Counted from the first letter of the stretch, positions 20,740 to 30,959 are shown. The stretch: 64,000 bases of DNA from an uncultured Chloroflexia bacterium (GCA_963768655.1 CAVYIM010000004.1:320001-384000); one strand, 5' to 3'. Notes: generated from the sequence alone by a model not told the origin. Numbers and translations: made by a program.

Positions 20740-22550
20740 ATGTGACCCGCGCAGCCATCCGCGAGTGCAACGGCAGCACCGGGGCCTGCAGCGGAGCGGC
20801 GATCGACATCGAGCGCAGCTACGATCGCGACGGCAACGTCGCGAGTGAGACCCAGACCATGGCTAGCGGTGCCGATCCCTCCCAGTACGGGGTCGGGAGC
20901 TTCGCCTATGACGGCGCGGGTCGGGTCGTCTCTAGCTCGCTCAACAGCGTCGCCCGGGCCTATACCTACGATCCCGACGGCAACCGCACCAGCGTCAGCG
21001 TCGCCGGTGTCACGATCGACAGCTTCGCCTTCGATACGAGCGACGAGACGATCTCCGACACCCACGCCGGGACCAAGACGGCCTTCACCTACGATCGCTA
21101 CGGCAACCTGCTCTCATCGGGCACCGCCGCCGCCGCCACTACCGCCTACGCCTACGACCTCGCCGATCGTCTCGACTCGATCACCCAGGCCGATGGCAGT
21201 ACGGTTGGCTTCACCTTCGATGCCGCCGGACGCCATGCCACAAGGATCTCGGGTGCCTCTACGATCGACACCTACGCCTATCTGGGTACGAGTGACTCCG
21301 TCCTGCAGGATGTGTCGAGTACCGCGGGTACGATCAACGCCGCCATCGACTCGGCCGGCCGATCGCCTCTCCAGCGCCGCTAGCGGCGGCTTTGGCTGGA
21401 TAGTGCCCGATCTCCACGGCAACATCGCCGCCCAGTGCACAGCCGCAGGCTCGATCGAGGACGTCTTTCGCTACGACGCCTACGGCAATGCTCTCGGATC
21501 CCCCAAGCCGCCCAGCGGCGTACCCTCGCCCTGGCGCTTCAGGGCCGGATCCTGGAGTCCACCGCCGGCTCGGCCACCTACGACTTCGGGGCTCGGGCCT
21601 ATGTCCCCGATCTTGGCACCTTCACCAGCCTCGACTCAGTCGCCGGCTCTGCTCAGAACCCGCTCACCCTCAACCGCTACCTCTACGCCGAGGCCGACCC
21701 TGAGACATTGGTGGATCCCGATGGCCACGGCACTCCAAACTGCGACGGCGTGCCTCCGGACGAAATCGCGCAGTGCGAAGCCGCAGGAGGTGGGTCTGCC
21801 CCGCCCCCCAACTGCGACGGCGCCAATCCGAATGACGTCCAGCAGTGTGAGATCGCCGGAGGCGACACGCCCACCCCGCGTACGACAAGGCCCACGCCCA
21901 CGCCCACGACGGGCAACGTGTCGTCGGGCATCTCCTCAGGCGACTCCGCCTACAACGCTTGTGACTATGTCGCGTGCAACCACGCAGCCGGTCAGGGTGG
22001 GGCACCAGGCGGCAGTCTGTGCGAGTACATTGCCTCAGCAAGCTGCCCCACGACCAACACAGCGACGACCGAGCCGCCGACCACGGGTAGTTCTCTATAC
22101 GAGTCATGTCTGCACAGCGACATAGAGGGCAACTCGTCGCAGGTACGAGACGTCTGCGAGACGTACGCGAGCGAAGTCTCCAGCGGCGACGTGTCCCACG
22201 ATTTTCCTCTGCTTTCAGCGCTGTTGGGCGCGGCCAAGGTTGGTGTCGGAGACGCGGCCGCCTGGGGAGGCGACATGTTGAGCTACGCAAAGCGGGACCC
22301 ACTCGGTTTCACAGGGAACGTCCTGACGGTAGGCATCACATGTGCTCTGTTCTGTGAGGACGGCATCGAAGAGCTGGGACGGGCAGGCGCTGCTTTGCGG
22401 GCGGGCGACTTGAGTGATGCTTCTGGCTGGATAGCCCAGGCGGCGGGCCCCTGGGTGGTTGCGATCTATCAGATACTAAGTGGAGATGAGGCCGATCCTG
22501 GGCCGATAGCTCCTTATGTCCCCGTGGCACAGCCAGCGCCCGCTCCGTGA
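20740..22550 (+). pseudogene. rhs: Orphan Rhs module B1: type B core with two frameshifts plus Cys-rich tip
   Basis: YD repeats; shifts near 21360 and 21540; YAEADPETLVDPDGH ends at 21728. Confidence 0.85.
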
Positions 22551-22625
22551 CGAGCCCCACCAGGGACTCGACCAGCATGTGCAGCATGAACACGGCACCG
22601 ATTGATGGCACGTTAGGATCAAGAA

Positions 22626-23135
22626 ATGGACAATGCGGCACGCGGGATCGTGATCAGCTACAAGGTTCGGTTGTCCGATCTCGTATGGATGTACCTAGGT
22701 TCTTGGGCCGTCCGCATGTTGGCTGCGCCCGGCCTCTTCCTGCTCCTCGTTGCTGCAACGCCGCCCTATGTCAATGTCCTCGCTGATGTGGAAGTTGGCT
22801 TGGCTAGCATGGTCCTGGCCCCTATCGCCGCAGTCGTGGGGCTGTCGGTCTACAACCGGACGCTGCCGCTCATCGGCACCACGGTCCGCCTCAGGATCCA
22901 CGAGGCGGGTGTGCAGGGATGGCCCGCGGCAACCGGCTTGGACCAAACCTGGCCGCACGTGCATCGCGTTCGCGCATTTCGGGGGGTGACCACGATCCCA
23001 TTTCGGCAGCTCGGCATGCCCCAGGGGGCCCGGCGCGGCTGGGTCCCGATCCCTGAACGTGCTCTCTCGACCGAACAGGCCTCCTTCCTGAAGGACCTGT
23101 TTGAACGCAATGGGTTGGCCAAGTCTCGGCGCTGA
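22626..23135 (+). CDS. YcxB-like membrane protein, candidate immunity for B1
   Basis: Follows the tip; 2 TMs plus a soluble domain. Confidence 0.7.
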   Translation: MDNAARGIVISYKVRLSDLVWMYLGSWAVRMLAAPGLFLLLVAATPPYVNVLADVEVGLASMVLAPIAAVVGLSVYNRTLPLIGTTVRLRIHEAGVQGWPAATGLDQTWPHVHRVRAFRGVTTIPFRQLGMPQGARRGWVPIPERALSTEQASFLKDLFERNGLAKSRR

Positions 23136-24325
23136 GCTTCGCCTCGCCGTCGGTATGCCGGCTTTGGCACACCATCGAGTCGACCTACGACGCCCTGGGG
23201 CGGGTGAGCGCCACCTACGAGGGCACGAGCGTGCCGGGCACGCCGCCCGGCGATGGCAACGCCCAAACCGAGGCTGCCACCTACAACCCCGATGGCACAA
23301 TCGCCACCCGGACCGACTACGCCATCAGCACGACCGCCTCGGTCTACACCTACGATGTCCTGGGTCGCCTGACCAAGGCGACGAGCCCGACCTTTGCCGC
23401 CGGCGTCTCGGTCGGCTTCGCCTGGCGCGTCGATGGCCTGCTCGCGAGCCGCAGCTGGTCGACCGGACCCGCGGCCCTGGTCTATGCCTATGACGGCGCG
23501 GGTCGGGTCGTCTCTAGCTCGCTCAACAGCGTCGCCCGGGCCTATACCTACGATCCCGACGGCAACCGCACCAGCGTCAGCGTCGCCGGTGTCACGATCG
23601 ACAGCTTCGCCTTCGATACGAGCGACGAGACGATCTCCGACACCCACGCCGGGACCAAGACGGCCTTCACCTACGATCGCTACGGCAACCTGCTCTCATC
23701 GGGCACCGCCGCCGCCGCCACTACCGCCTACGCCTATGACCTCGCCGATCGTCTCGACTCGATCACCCAGGCCGATGGCAGTACGGTTGGCTTCACCTTC
23801 GATGCCGCCGGACGCCATGCCACAAGGATCTCGGGTGCCTCTACGATCGACACCTACGCCTATCTGGGTACGAGTGACTCCGTCCTGCAGGATGTGTCGA
23901 GTACCGCGGGTACGATCAACGCCGCCATCGACTCGGCCGGCCGATCGCCTCTCCAGCGCCGCTAGCGGCGGCTTTGGCTGGATAGTGCCCGATCTCCACG
24001 GCAACATCGCCGCCCAGTGCACAGCCGCAGGCTCGATCGAGGACGTCTTTCGCTACGACGCCTACGGCAATGCTCTCGGATCCCCCAAGCCGCCCAGCGG
24101 CGTACCCTCGCCCTGGCGCTTCAGGGCCGGATCCTGGAGTCCACCGCCGGCTCGGCCACCTACGACTTCGGGGCTCGGGCCTATGTCCCCGATCTTGGCA
24201 CCTTCACCAGCCTCGACTCAGTCGCCGGCTCTGCTCAGAACCCGCTCACCCTCAACCGCTACCTCTACGCCGAGGCCGACCCTGAGACATTGGTGGATCC
24301 CGATGGCCATGCCAACTGCGGTGGC

Positions 24326-25814
24326 GAGGATGTCCCGCTCGTCGTGGAATTTCAGTGAGGGTCGGGTCTCCAGGTTGCTGATCATATCGGTTGGTTGGTA
24401 GCGCTCGCCTCGCTTTCGATGTGGAGCTCGCGCTTTAGCGCAGCGGCAAGAATGGGCAGCTCCCGATAGCCGCAGACTCGGCGGAACTGAGCCTCTGCGG
24501 CGAGCATCCCAGCGGCGGCCCAGCGCAGCGCCATCTCGCCCGACTCCCAGTTCTTCACCCGGCGGGCGTGCGTCTTGACGATCTCGATCATCGATTCCAT
24601 CGGGTTGGTCGACTCGAGCGTCCTCCAGAGCGAGCCGCTGATGCCCAGACGCGTCAGGGTGAGCGTGTCGTCGAGCCCCTCGCGCAGCGACGCGGCGGCT
24701 CCCGGACGGCTGTGGGCCAGACTGCGGGCCAGGGAGTGGAGGGCCGCCTTCGCCCTGTCCGGATCTCGCTCGGCCCAGGCGGCCCGAAGCCGGCGCTGGG
24801 CGAGCGGTCGTTCGATCTCGGGCAGGTGCTCTAGAACGTTGCGCTCTTTGTGGCGATGGCAGCGATGGATCGCCACGCCTTTGCCCAAGAAGGTGGGGAT
24901 GGCCGAACCGATGGCGGAGCCGCCGTCGACGACGAAGAGGACGCCTGCGCTTGTGTCCAGACCGCGATCGCGCAAGTCCGCCAGGAGCGCGTTGACCACC
25001 GCGCTGTTCTCGGTCGTGCCCTCGACCACGCCGAGGGGCACCTTGTGGCCGGCGGCGTCGATCCCGAGCGCGCCTACGAGCAGGTGATCGCCCAGGCGAA
25101 AGCCATCGAGCATGAGCACGAGGTAGCGGCGGTCGTCGAGTCTGCGCCCGAGCAGCTCAGCCAGGCGCTCTGCCGTGGCGGCGAGGAAGCGGCGGCTGAC
25201 GGCGGCGTGGCTGGTCGAGACGGCGGCCTCCTCGATGGCCTCGCCAACAGGCTCGAGGCCAACCGGATAGTCGCGAGTCGAGAGCCCCGCGAGCATCCGG
25301 GCGACGATCCCGTCGGCGAGCAGATCGCTGGCTCTCGCGGCCTCGTAGGTCGCGAGCGGCAGCTCGGCTGCTCCATCGGCACTTCGCACACGTGGCCGCT
25401 CGACGCGGAGTCGGCGGCCGCCCAGGGTCACGGTTCCGGCTTCACTGCCATGGCGATAGGCAACTCGATCCGCTCGGTGGCGGCCGCGTGGGCCGGCCAG
25501 GCCGTCAACCTCAGCCGCCATCAGCTCGTCGAGGACCTCGAGGCCGACCGCGGTCGAAGCGGCCAGCAGGCCCTCGCGCAGATGGCTCGCGAACGTGGCG
25601 AGATGGCCCTCGAGCCGCCCTGTCAGCTCAGCAGGAAGCTGGTGAACGAGACGGCGAGGTCGGCGGCATCGCTTCTCAGGGCGGGGCCGGACGTGGGACG
25701 ATGGCATGGGTTCCTCCAGTTCGACTTTCCGGGTCTCCCGTAGCGTGACAGCTCACGCTCCGGGCTGGAGGACCCACCCCTCAACTCAAATTCCACGGAA
25801 CTCGGGACAACCTC
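24326..25814 (-). mobile_element. IS256-family element copy 3
   Basis: Same ends; target duplication GCGGTGGC. Confidence 0.95.
24382..25707 (-). CDS. IS256 transposase
   Basis: Same protein as copy 1. Confidence 0.92.
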   Translation of the reverse strand: MPSSHVRPRPEKRCRRPRRLVHQLPAELTGRLEGHLATFASHLREGLLAASTAVGLEVLDELMAAEVDGLAGPRGRHRADRVAYRHGSEAGTVTLGGRRLRVERPRVRSADGAAELPLATYEAARASDLLADGIVARMLAGLSTRDYPVGLEPVGEAIEEAAVSTSHAAVSRRFLAATAERLAELLGRRLDDRRYLVLMLDGFRLGDHLLVGALGIDAAGHKVPLGVVEGTTENSAVVNALLADLRDRGLDTSAGVLFVVDGGSAIGSAIPTFLGKGVAIHRCHRHKERNVLEHLPEIERPLAQRRLRAAWAERDPDRAKAALHSLARSLAHSRPGAAASLREGLDDTLTLTRLGISGSLWRTLESTNPMESMIEIVKTHARRVKNWESGEMALRWAAAGMLAAEAQFRRVCGYRELPILAAALKRELHIESEASATNQPI

Positions 25815-26853
25815 GCGGTGGCGCCGGGAACGCGGCCGAGGAGGAAGCCTGCGAAGCAGTCGCGGAAGCGGACTCCTTCGCCGATGAAGAGGGCTACTAC
25901 AAGTCGGAAGCGAGCTACTACCAGTCGGCGGCCGTTGCGGAGCTGGCGCAGGCCTCGATCGACGCAGAGCAGTCCGACTACCAGCACGAGGGTGCCTACG
26001 TCCAGTCTCTGAAGACGCAGGCGGCAGCCAACACCTGCAACAACATCATCTGCGGCTTCACGAACTCGGTCGGGGATTGGACCCTACATCACCCCATCAC
26101 CGCGCTGGCGGCTGGAAGCTGTGCGGCGACAGTAATTCTCTGTGCGACGCTGGCACCGGCAGCTGTCGCGGCCAACAAAGTCAGCGGCGGGGCGGGTACG
26201 CAGGCTCTCTCGTGGGCCGATCAGCACCCCGTCGAGGTCGCGGCAGGCGCCGGGCTCGGCGCCGCGTGCGCGATCCAGCCCGAGCTGTGCCCGGCCATCC
26301 TGGCTGGAGCAGCGTGGGGCGCCGGAGGATCGGCACTCGGGTACGTTGCTGGCTGTGGCACGGGACAGGAGTGCTCACCGAGCGGGTTCGCAGACACTAC
26401 CTTGATTGGCGCTGAAGCCGGTGGGATCACAGGTGGCATCATGGGAGGGGCGGGGGCGTTGGCAGGTGATCTCGAGGACGAGGATTCGGCTATCCTGTCG
26501 GGACTTCCACGGTTCGCCCAGGATGTGGTGTCAAGTTATGGTCCGACAGCGATGAGGACACTGGGCGGTGCTCTCGGAGGTGGCTTCACAGACATGGCCA
26601 CCGTGCTCGACGGGCGCCATCTGTCTCCGGACAATGCCGTCTGGCAGATCGCCGCAGGAGGCATTCTTGCCGGTGCAGCGCCGGGAGAGGGGCTGCGACC
26701 GGCCTGAACTGGTCCACCTTCGTTCAGGCCTCAGCGCGCACGAACCTGGGAATTGGATGGGGGTTGGCACCAGTATCTTCTCGGCGCTGAACTGGCCTAA
26801 TGGATGATAAGCACGGCTGACGAAGCCCGACACCGCTTCATGCGGCCCACTAG

Positions 26854-27501
26854 GTGAAGAACAACATGCGCCTGATGCACAACCGATGGTCGGTCCCGCT
26901 CGAAGATGGCACCCGTCGGCCATTCGAGGCCGCGCCGGGAGGGCCATTTACCATCAGTGTCACTTCGGAGGGGAGGGAGGTCGCAAGATTTGCAGCGCCT
27001 ACGGCCACCACGCGATGGACTGAGTCAGCCCCGCTCGCTTTCGACGGGAAGTCCCTCATTTTCGGAGCTCAGTACATCCGGGGAATCACCGACGCCATCC
27101 TGTGCTACGTCTTCCACGATGGGATCGCCTCCAGAGGTGGGCGCCCGATCGAGGAGTTCCGAGCGGCGGCCACGGTGAAAGGGGCGGGGAGCCTCGCCTT
27201 CGCAGAGCTGTTCGTGTCGTGGGCGCCGTGGATGGGGCTGATCGGGGTGGCGCGAGGAATCGGCCCGGCCATCAGCGAGCGCAGTGCCCCGGCCATCGGC
27301 GTCGGTCTGGCTGTCTACCTCGTGGCCGCCCTAGTCGCGGCCAACATTGGCGGCCGGGCCCTGGCAAGAGCGAAGAAGTCACAGCAGCTCGTGGGTCTCA
27401 AGGCTGGCCTGATCGCCTTGGGAGTGTTCGTCTTCTGCGGAGTCGTGGTGCTGGGGGTCTTTCTTGGGCCGTTGCGGCCTTGGCTCCTCGTCTCCGAGTA
27501 G
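26854..27501 (+). CDS. Membrane protein, candidate immunity for B2
   Basis: Soluble N-terminus plus three C-terminal TMs; directly after the tip. Confidence 0.65.
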   Translation: MKNNMRLMHNRWSVPLEDGTRRPFEAAPGGPFTISVTSEGREVARFAAPTATTRWTESAPLAFDGKSLIFGAQYIRGITDAILCYVFHDGIASRGGRPIEEFRAAATVKGAGSLAFAELFVSWAPWMGLIGVARGIGPAISERSAPAIGVGLAVYLVAALVAANIGGRALARAKKSQQLVGLKAGLIALGVFVFCGVVVLGVFLGPLRPWLLVSE

Positions 27502-27524
27502 CGATCAACCCGTCGTCGTCACAT

Positions 27525-28200
27525 CGCCTACGACGCCGCGGGTCGGGTCGTCTCTAGCTCGCTCAACAGCGTCGCCCGGGCCTTCACCTACGATCGCTAC
27601 GGCAACCTGCTCTCATCGGGCACCGCCGCCGCCGCCACTACCGCCTACGCCTATGACCTCGCCGATCGTCTCGACTCGATCACCCAGGCCGATGGCAGTA
27701 CGGTTGGCTTCACCTTCGATGCCGCCGGACGCCATGCCACAAGGATCTCGGGTGCCTCTACGATCGACACCTACGCCTATCTGGGTACGAGTGACTCCGT
27801 CCTGCAGGATGTGTCGAGTACCGCGGGTACGATCAACGCCGCCATCGACTCGGCCGGCCGATCGCCTCTCCAGCGCCGCTAGCGGCGGCTTTGGCTGGAT
27901 CGTGCCCGATCTCCACGGCAACATCGCCGCCCAGTGCACAGCCGCAGGCTCGATCGAGGACGTCTTTCGCTACGACGCCTACGGCAATGGTGCCGCTTGG
28001 GAGAGGCTTGGCCTGGCACAACCGCAAGATCTGAATGGGTTCGCACCCGGAATACTCAAGGGTGGCGCCGTCACGCCGTTTTCGGACGCGGCAGGCAGTA
28101 TCATCCACGGCTTCGGATGCAACGTCGGGCTCGGACAGTGTTAGCCAGGTCAGCGAGTAACAGCCCCATGCCAGCCCAACCGTGGCGGGAGTCTAGATGA
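27525..28200 (+). pseudogene. Rhs type B core fragment B3 with internal deletion, joined to a tip remnant
   Basis: Identity to B1/B2 ends at about 27989 (YDAYGN); no DPxG. Confidence 0.8.
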
Positions 28201-28562
28201 TGAACTCGTCGCACGATGCATGGCAGGTGTTCGCTTTGGGTGGGCTGGTCTTCTACCTCTTCTCGCGAATGGCCAGAAGAAGCAGAACGATTTCGTATTA
28301 CGAGGGTTTCGGCACATGGCTTCGCCCGCCCGGATGGGCGCGCAGAGTGTTCGGGGGCCCACACGGTCGGATACGCTGGGACGTCCTGAGCTGGGAGATG
28401 ATGAGCCTGGTCTGCATGTTCTTCGGCGGAGTGGGTTGGGTTCTCCAGCCGCCGACCCGATCGTTCCTCTACGTGGTGGTTGGCCTGCCGATCGTTGAAT
28501 CCATCTTCCTGCTGGGGGTCGTTCTGGTGATCGTCAGAATCGGCAGGCGGAACAGATGGTGA
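28197..28562 (+). CDS. Small 3-TM protein, candidate immunity
   Basis: GGGAG RBS, ATGA overlap, hydrophobic segments. Confidence 0.65.
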   Translation: MMNSSHDAWQVFALGGLVFYLFSRMARRSRTISYYEGFGTWLRPPGWARRVFGGPHGRIRWDVLSWEMMSLVCMFFGGVGWVLQPPTRSFLYVVVGLPIVESIFLLGVVLVIVRIGRRNRW

Positions 28563-28577
28563 CCATGTAATCAGGCC

Positions 28578-28898
28578 GTGTTCAATGCGGATCCGGCCAA
28601 GGTGGTAGGGGGCGCCTTCAAACTGGCCCTTGGACTGGGCGAAGGCGCGATCGGCGGCTTCACGATGGCGGAAACCGACGGTATTGAGGGTTCGGATATG
28701 GCGGGCGAGGGCGCTGTGAACATAGGTGACGGGGTGGGCGAGTTGGGGGAGTTGGTTGGCACTCGAGACAATCGTGCGTGGAAGACCCAGGCTCCAGCTG
28801 ACTGGAACATCACAGTAAACTACTTGGCTGGTCAGATTACTGGAGGCGGCATGGATCCATACGATCTCACCACGTCTCCACTTCGGACGGTCCCGTGA
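28578..28898 (+). pseudogene. Probable naked toxin-tip remnant (Gly-rich, acidic)
   Basis: Composition like the other tips; GTGA overlap with the next gene. Confidence 0.45.
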
Positions 28899-30076
28899 TC
28901 CAGATGAGATCGAGTTGTTGCTTATCTCGGCTGGCCGCCGCTGGTCTCGTCTTGTCGGTGGTGGCAGGCGCTGCGTCAGGATGTTCAAACGGAATCGCGA
29001 GCCCCTCAGACAGGAGCACAAGCGCAGACGTACCCGGCCCAGTCGACGGCACGGCCACTCTGCTCGCCGATGGACGTGTGCTCCTGGCCGGAGGGTATTC
29101 GGGCGCGAACACCCCGGTCACCGCCTCGGCCGAACTGTACGACCCGACGACCAACACGTTCGCTCCGACAGGGCCGATGACCACTCCGCGCGAGGGCCAC
29201 ACGGCGACCCTTCTCGATGATGGACAGGTCCTGATCGCCGGAGGTGCAAACGACAAAGACGGCGCCCTGACATCGGCCGAGCTGTACAACCCGAAAACGG
29301 GCAAGTTCACACCGACCGGGTCGCTGAGCGCGGACAACTCGGGCGGGATGGCGACCATCCTGAAGGATGGCCGGGTCCTTGTCCTCGACTTCCGCGATGT
29401 CATAGCCGATGTGTACGATCCACGCACGGGAACGTTCAGTTCCACCGGCCGGATGGCCGACGCTCACAGATGGGGAGGCCTCACGTTGCTCGCGGACGGG
29501 CGCGTCCTGCTCGTCGGCGGCGAGGACGCCCAGTTGCACGACCTGGCGTCCGCAGAGATCTACGACCCATCGACGGGCACTTTCGGCTTCACGGGCTCGA
29601 TGACCACGGCCCGCTCGGAACCTACCGCGACGCTGCTATCCGACGGCCGGGTTCTCATCGCGGGTGGCCAGTCCGACTACGCCCACACCATCGGATACTC
29701 GGAGTTATACGACCCGAAGACCGGCGTGTTTACGCCGAGCGGCACGATGATCGAGCCCCGCAGCGATCATGTCGCCGTTTCACTCGCCGACGGACGCGTC
29801 CTACTCGTCGGCGGAACGGACGCGATCGGACGTGCTATCTCGTCCGCCGAATTGTATGACCCAAGGACCGGCACTTTCAGCTCAACGGGCTCGATGGCCG
29901 TGGATAGGTATTGGCCCGTTGCCGTACTTGTCCCCGACGGCCGCGTGTTCGTCGCCGGCGGCCAGGGCAATGCCGCTAGCCAAAGCAACGGCGGGGGCCA
30001 ATTCATCGACAACACGCCCGAGGCTTCGGCCGAGCTGTACGACCCGAGCACCGGTTCGTTCAGCCCGGCGGGATAG
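28895..30076 (+). CDS. Kelch-repeat beta-propeller lipoprotein
   Basis: Seven ATLL.DGRVL..GG...AELYDP.TG.F..TG repeats; ASGC lipobox. Confidence 0.9.
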   Translation: MIQMRSSCCLSRLAAAGLVLSVVAGAASGCSNGIASPSDRSTSADVPGPVDGTATLLADGRVLLAGGYSGANTPVTASAELYDPTTNTFAPTGPMTTPREGHTATLLDDGQVLIAGGANDKDGALTSAELYNPKTGKFTPTGSLSADNSGGMATILKDGRVLVLDFRDVIADVYDPRTGTFSSTGRMADAHRWGGLTLLADGRVLLVGGEDAQLHDLASAEIYDPSTGTFGFTGSMTTARSEPTATLLSDGRVLIAGGQSDYAHTIGYSELYDPKTGVFTPSGTMIEPRSDHVAVSLADGRVLLVGGTDAIGRAISSAELYDPRTGTFSSTGSMAVDRYWPVAVLVPDGRVFVAGGQGNAASQSNGGGQFIDNTPEASAELYDPSTGSFSPAG

Positions 30077-30228
30077 CGGATCCGTTCGGTCAGCGGCGGC
30101 TCCGAAGGCGCATCGTGGTGCGGGCATTCCCATGCCGGTGTCGCAGCCGCTATAGTTCGAGTGTCATGTTGACCACGTCCGGCGGTCTGGCTCGCCCTCG
30201 GGAGTAGGCCGTATCGCGGAGGCAACAT

Positions 30229-30654
30229 ATGGAGAGCACATCGAGCTCGTTGTTCATCGGGGCACTCCTGGCCCTGATAGCGGGCGGGCTCATTCCATAT
30301 GCCTCAGTAGGCGCCGCGCTTTCCTTACATCTTGTGAGACTACCTGACTGCCCACCCGCATACGTCGAGTACTTCGCCAAACGAAACGACCCCGATCATC
30401 CGACCGATCTGCTCGCGAGACTCCTCTCCCGTAGGCGCGATTTCGAGAAGACCCATTCGATCCATGTCGAGGCTGGGCTCGAGAACGTCATCCTCATCAT
30501 CCTGTGCAACTTTCTGCCGATCGTGGCCAACATAGCGCAGGATCCCTACTACACGGCTGGGCCACTGCTCAGACTGTTCACCGCAGCGTTCTTCGTCTGT
30601 GAGGGGCTTTGGTTCTGGTGGTTCCTGCGGTTCGTATCGCGCAATCGGCCATAA
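30229..30654 (+). CDS. 3-TM orphan immunity candidate related to 5002 and 14018
   Basis: GGAGG RBS; PAYVEYF..R, NFLP, PY and GLW motifs. Confidence 0.6.
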   Translation: MESTSSSLFIGALLALIAGGLIPYASVGAALSLHLVRLPDCPPAYVEYFAKRNDPDHPTDLLARLLSRRRDFEKTHSIHVEAGLENVILIILCNFLPIVANIAQDPYYTAGPLLRLFTAAFFVCEGLWFWWFLRFVSRNRP

Positions 30655-30657
30655 GGA

Positions 30658-30789
30658 CCGACCACCTACACCTACGACCCCGCCGGGCACCTGCTCACCA
30701 TCGACGATGGCACGGCGGCCCAGGAGGTCACCTTCACCATCGATGCCGCCGGCCGTCACGCGAGCGAGGTTATCGGGTCGGGAGCGACG
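30658..30789 (+). pseudogene. Short internal fragment of the type A Rhs core
   Basis: PTTYTYDPAGHLLTIDDG...GSGAT nearly identical to A1. Confidence 0.85.
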
Positions 30790-30959
30790 CAGTAGGCATC
30801 GTCTTCTTCACACCGACAAGGTCGCCGCTCTCCTGTTCGTTGCGGATTCAGGCGGACCACTGACTGCACAGTTTGTGACTTTCGAGGTGCCACCGCCGGA
30901 TTGGACAACCACGCACTGAAGACGGCGCGGCACAATCAGGCAAGATCGCTGATCGGACG

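Larger units (their letters stand above)
23175..26807 (+). pseudogene. rhs: Orphan Rhs module B2, frameshifted and split by IS copy 3 just after DPDGH
   Basis: Core matches B1 from about 23486; tip resumes at 25815; late frameshifts near 26690 and 26760. Confidence 0.85.

Noticed and set aside
6090-25814. Composite transposon formed by IS pairs
   Set aside because: Each IS has its own target duplication and interrupts a gene that is continuous across it
3309-30789. Diversity-generating retroelement or CRISPR-like array as the explanation for the repeats
   Set aside because: No reverse transcriptase or cas genes, no adenine-specific variation; the repeats are coding Rhs cores hundreds of bases long
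30808-30959. C-terminal extension of the 537-aa propeller ORF
   Set aside because: Looks like off-frame read-through; the repeat pattern continues in another frame to the stop at 30960
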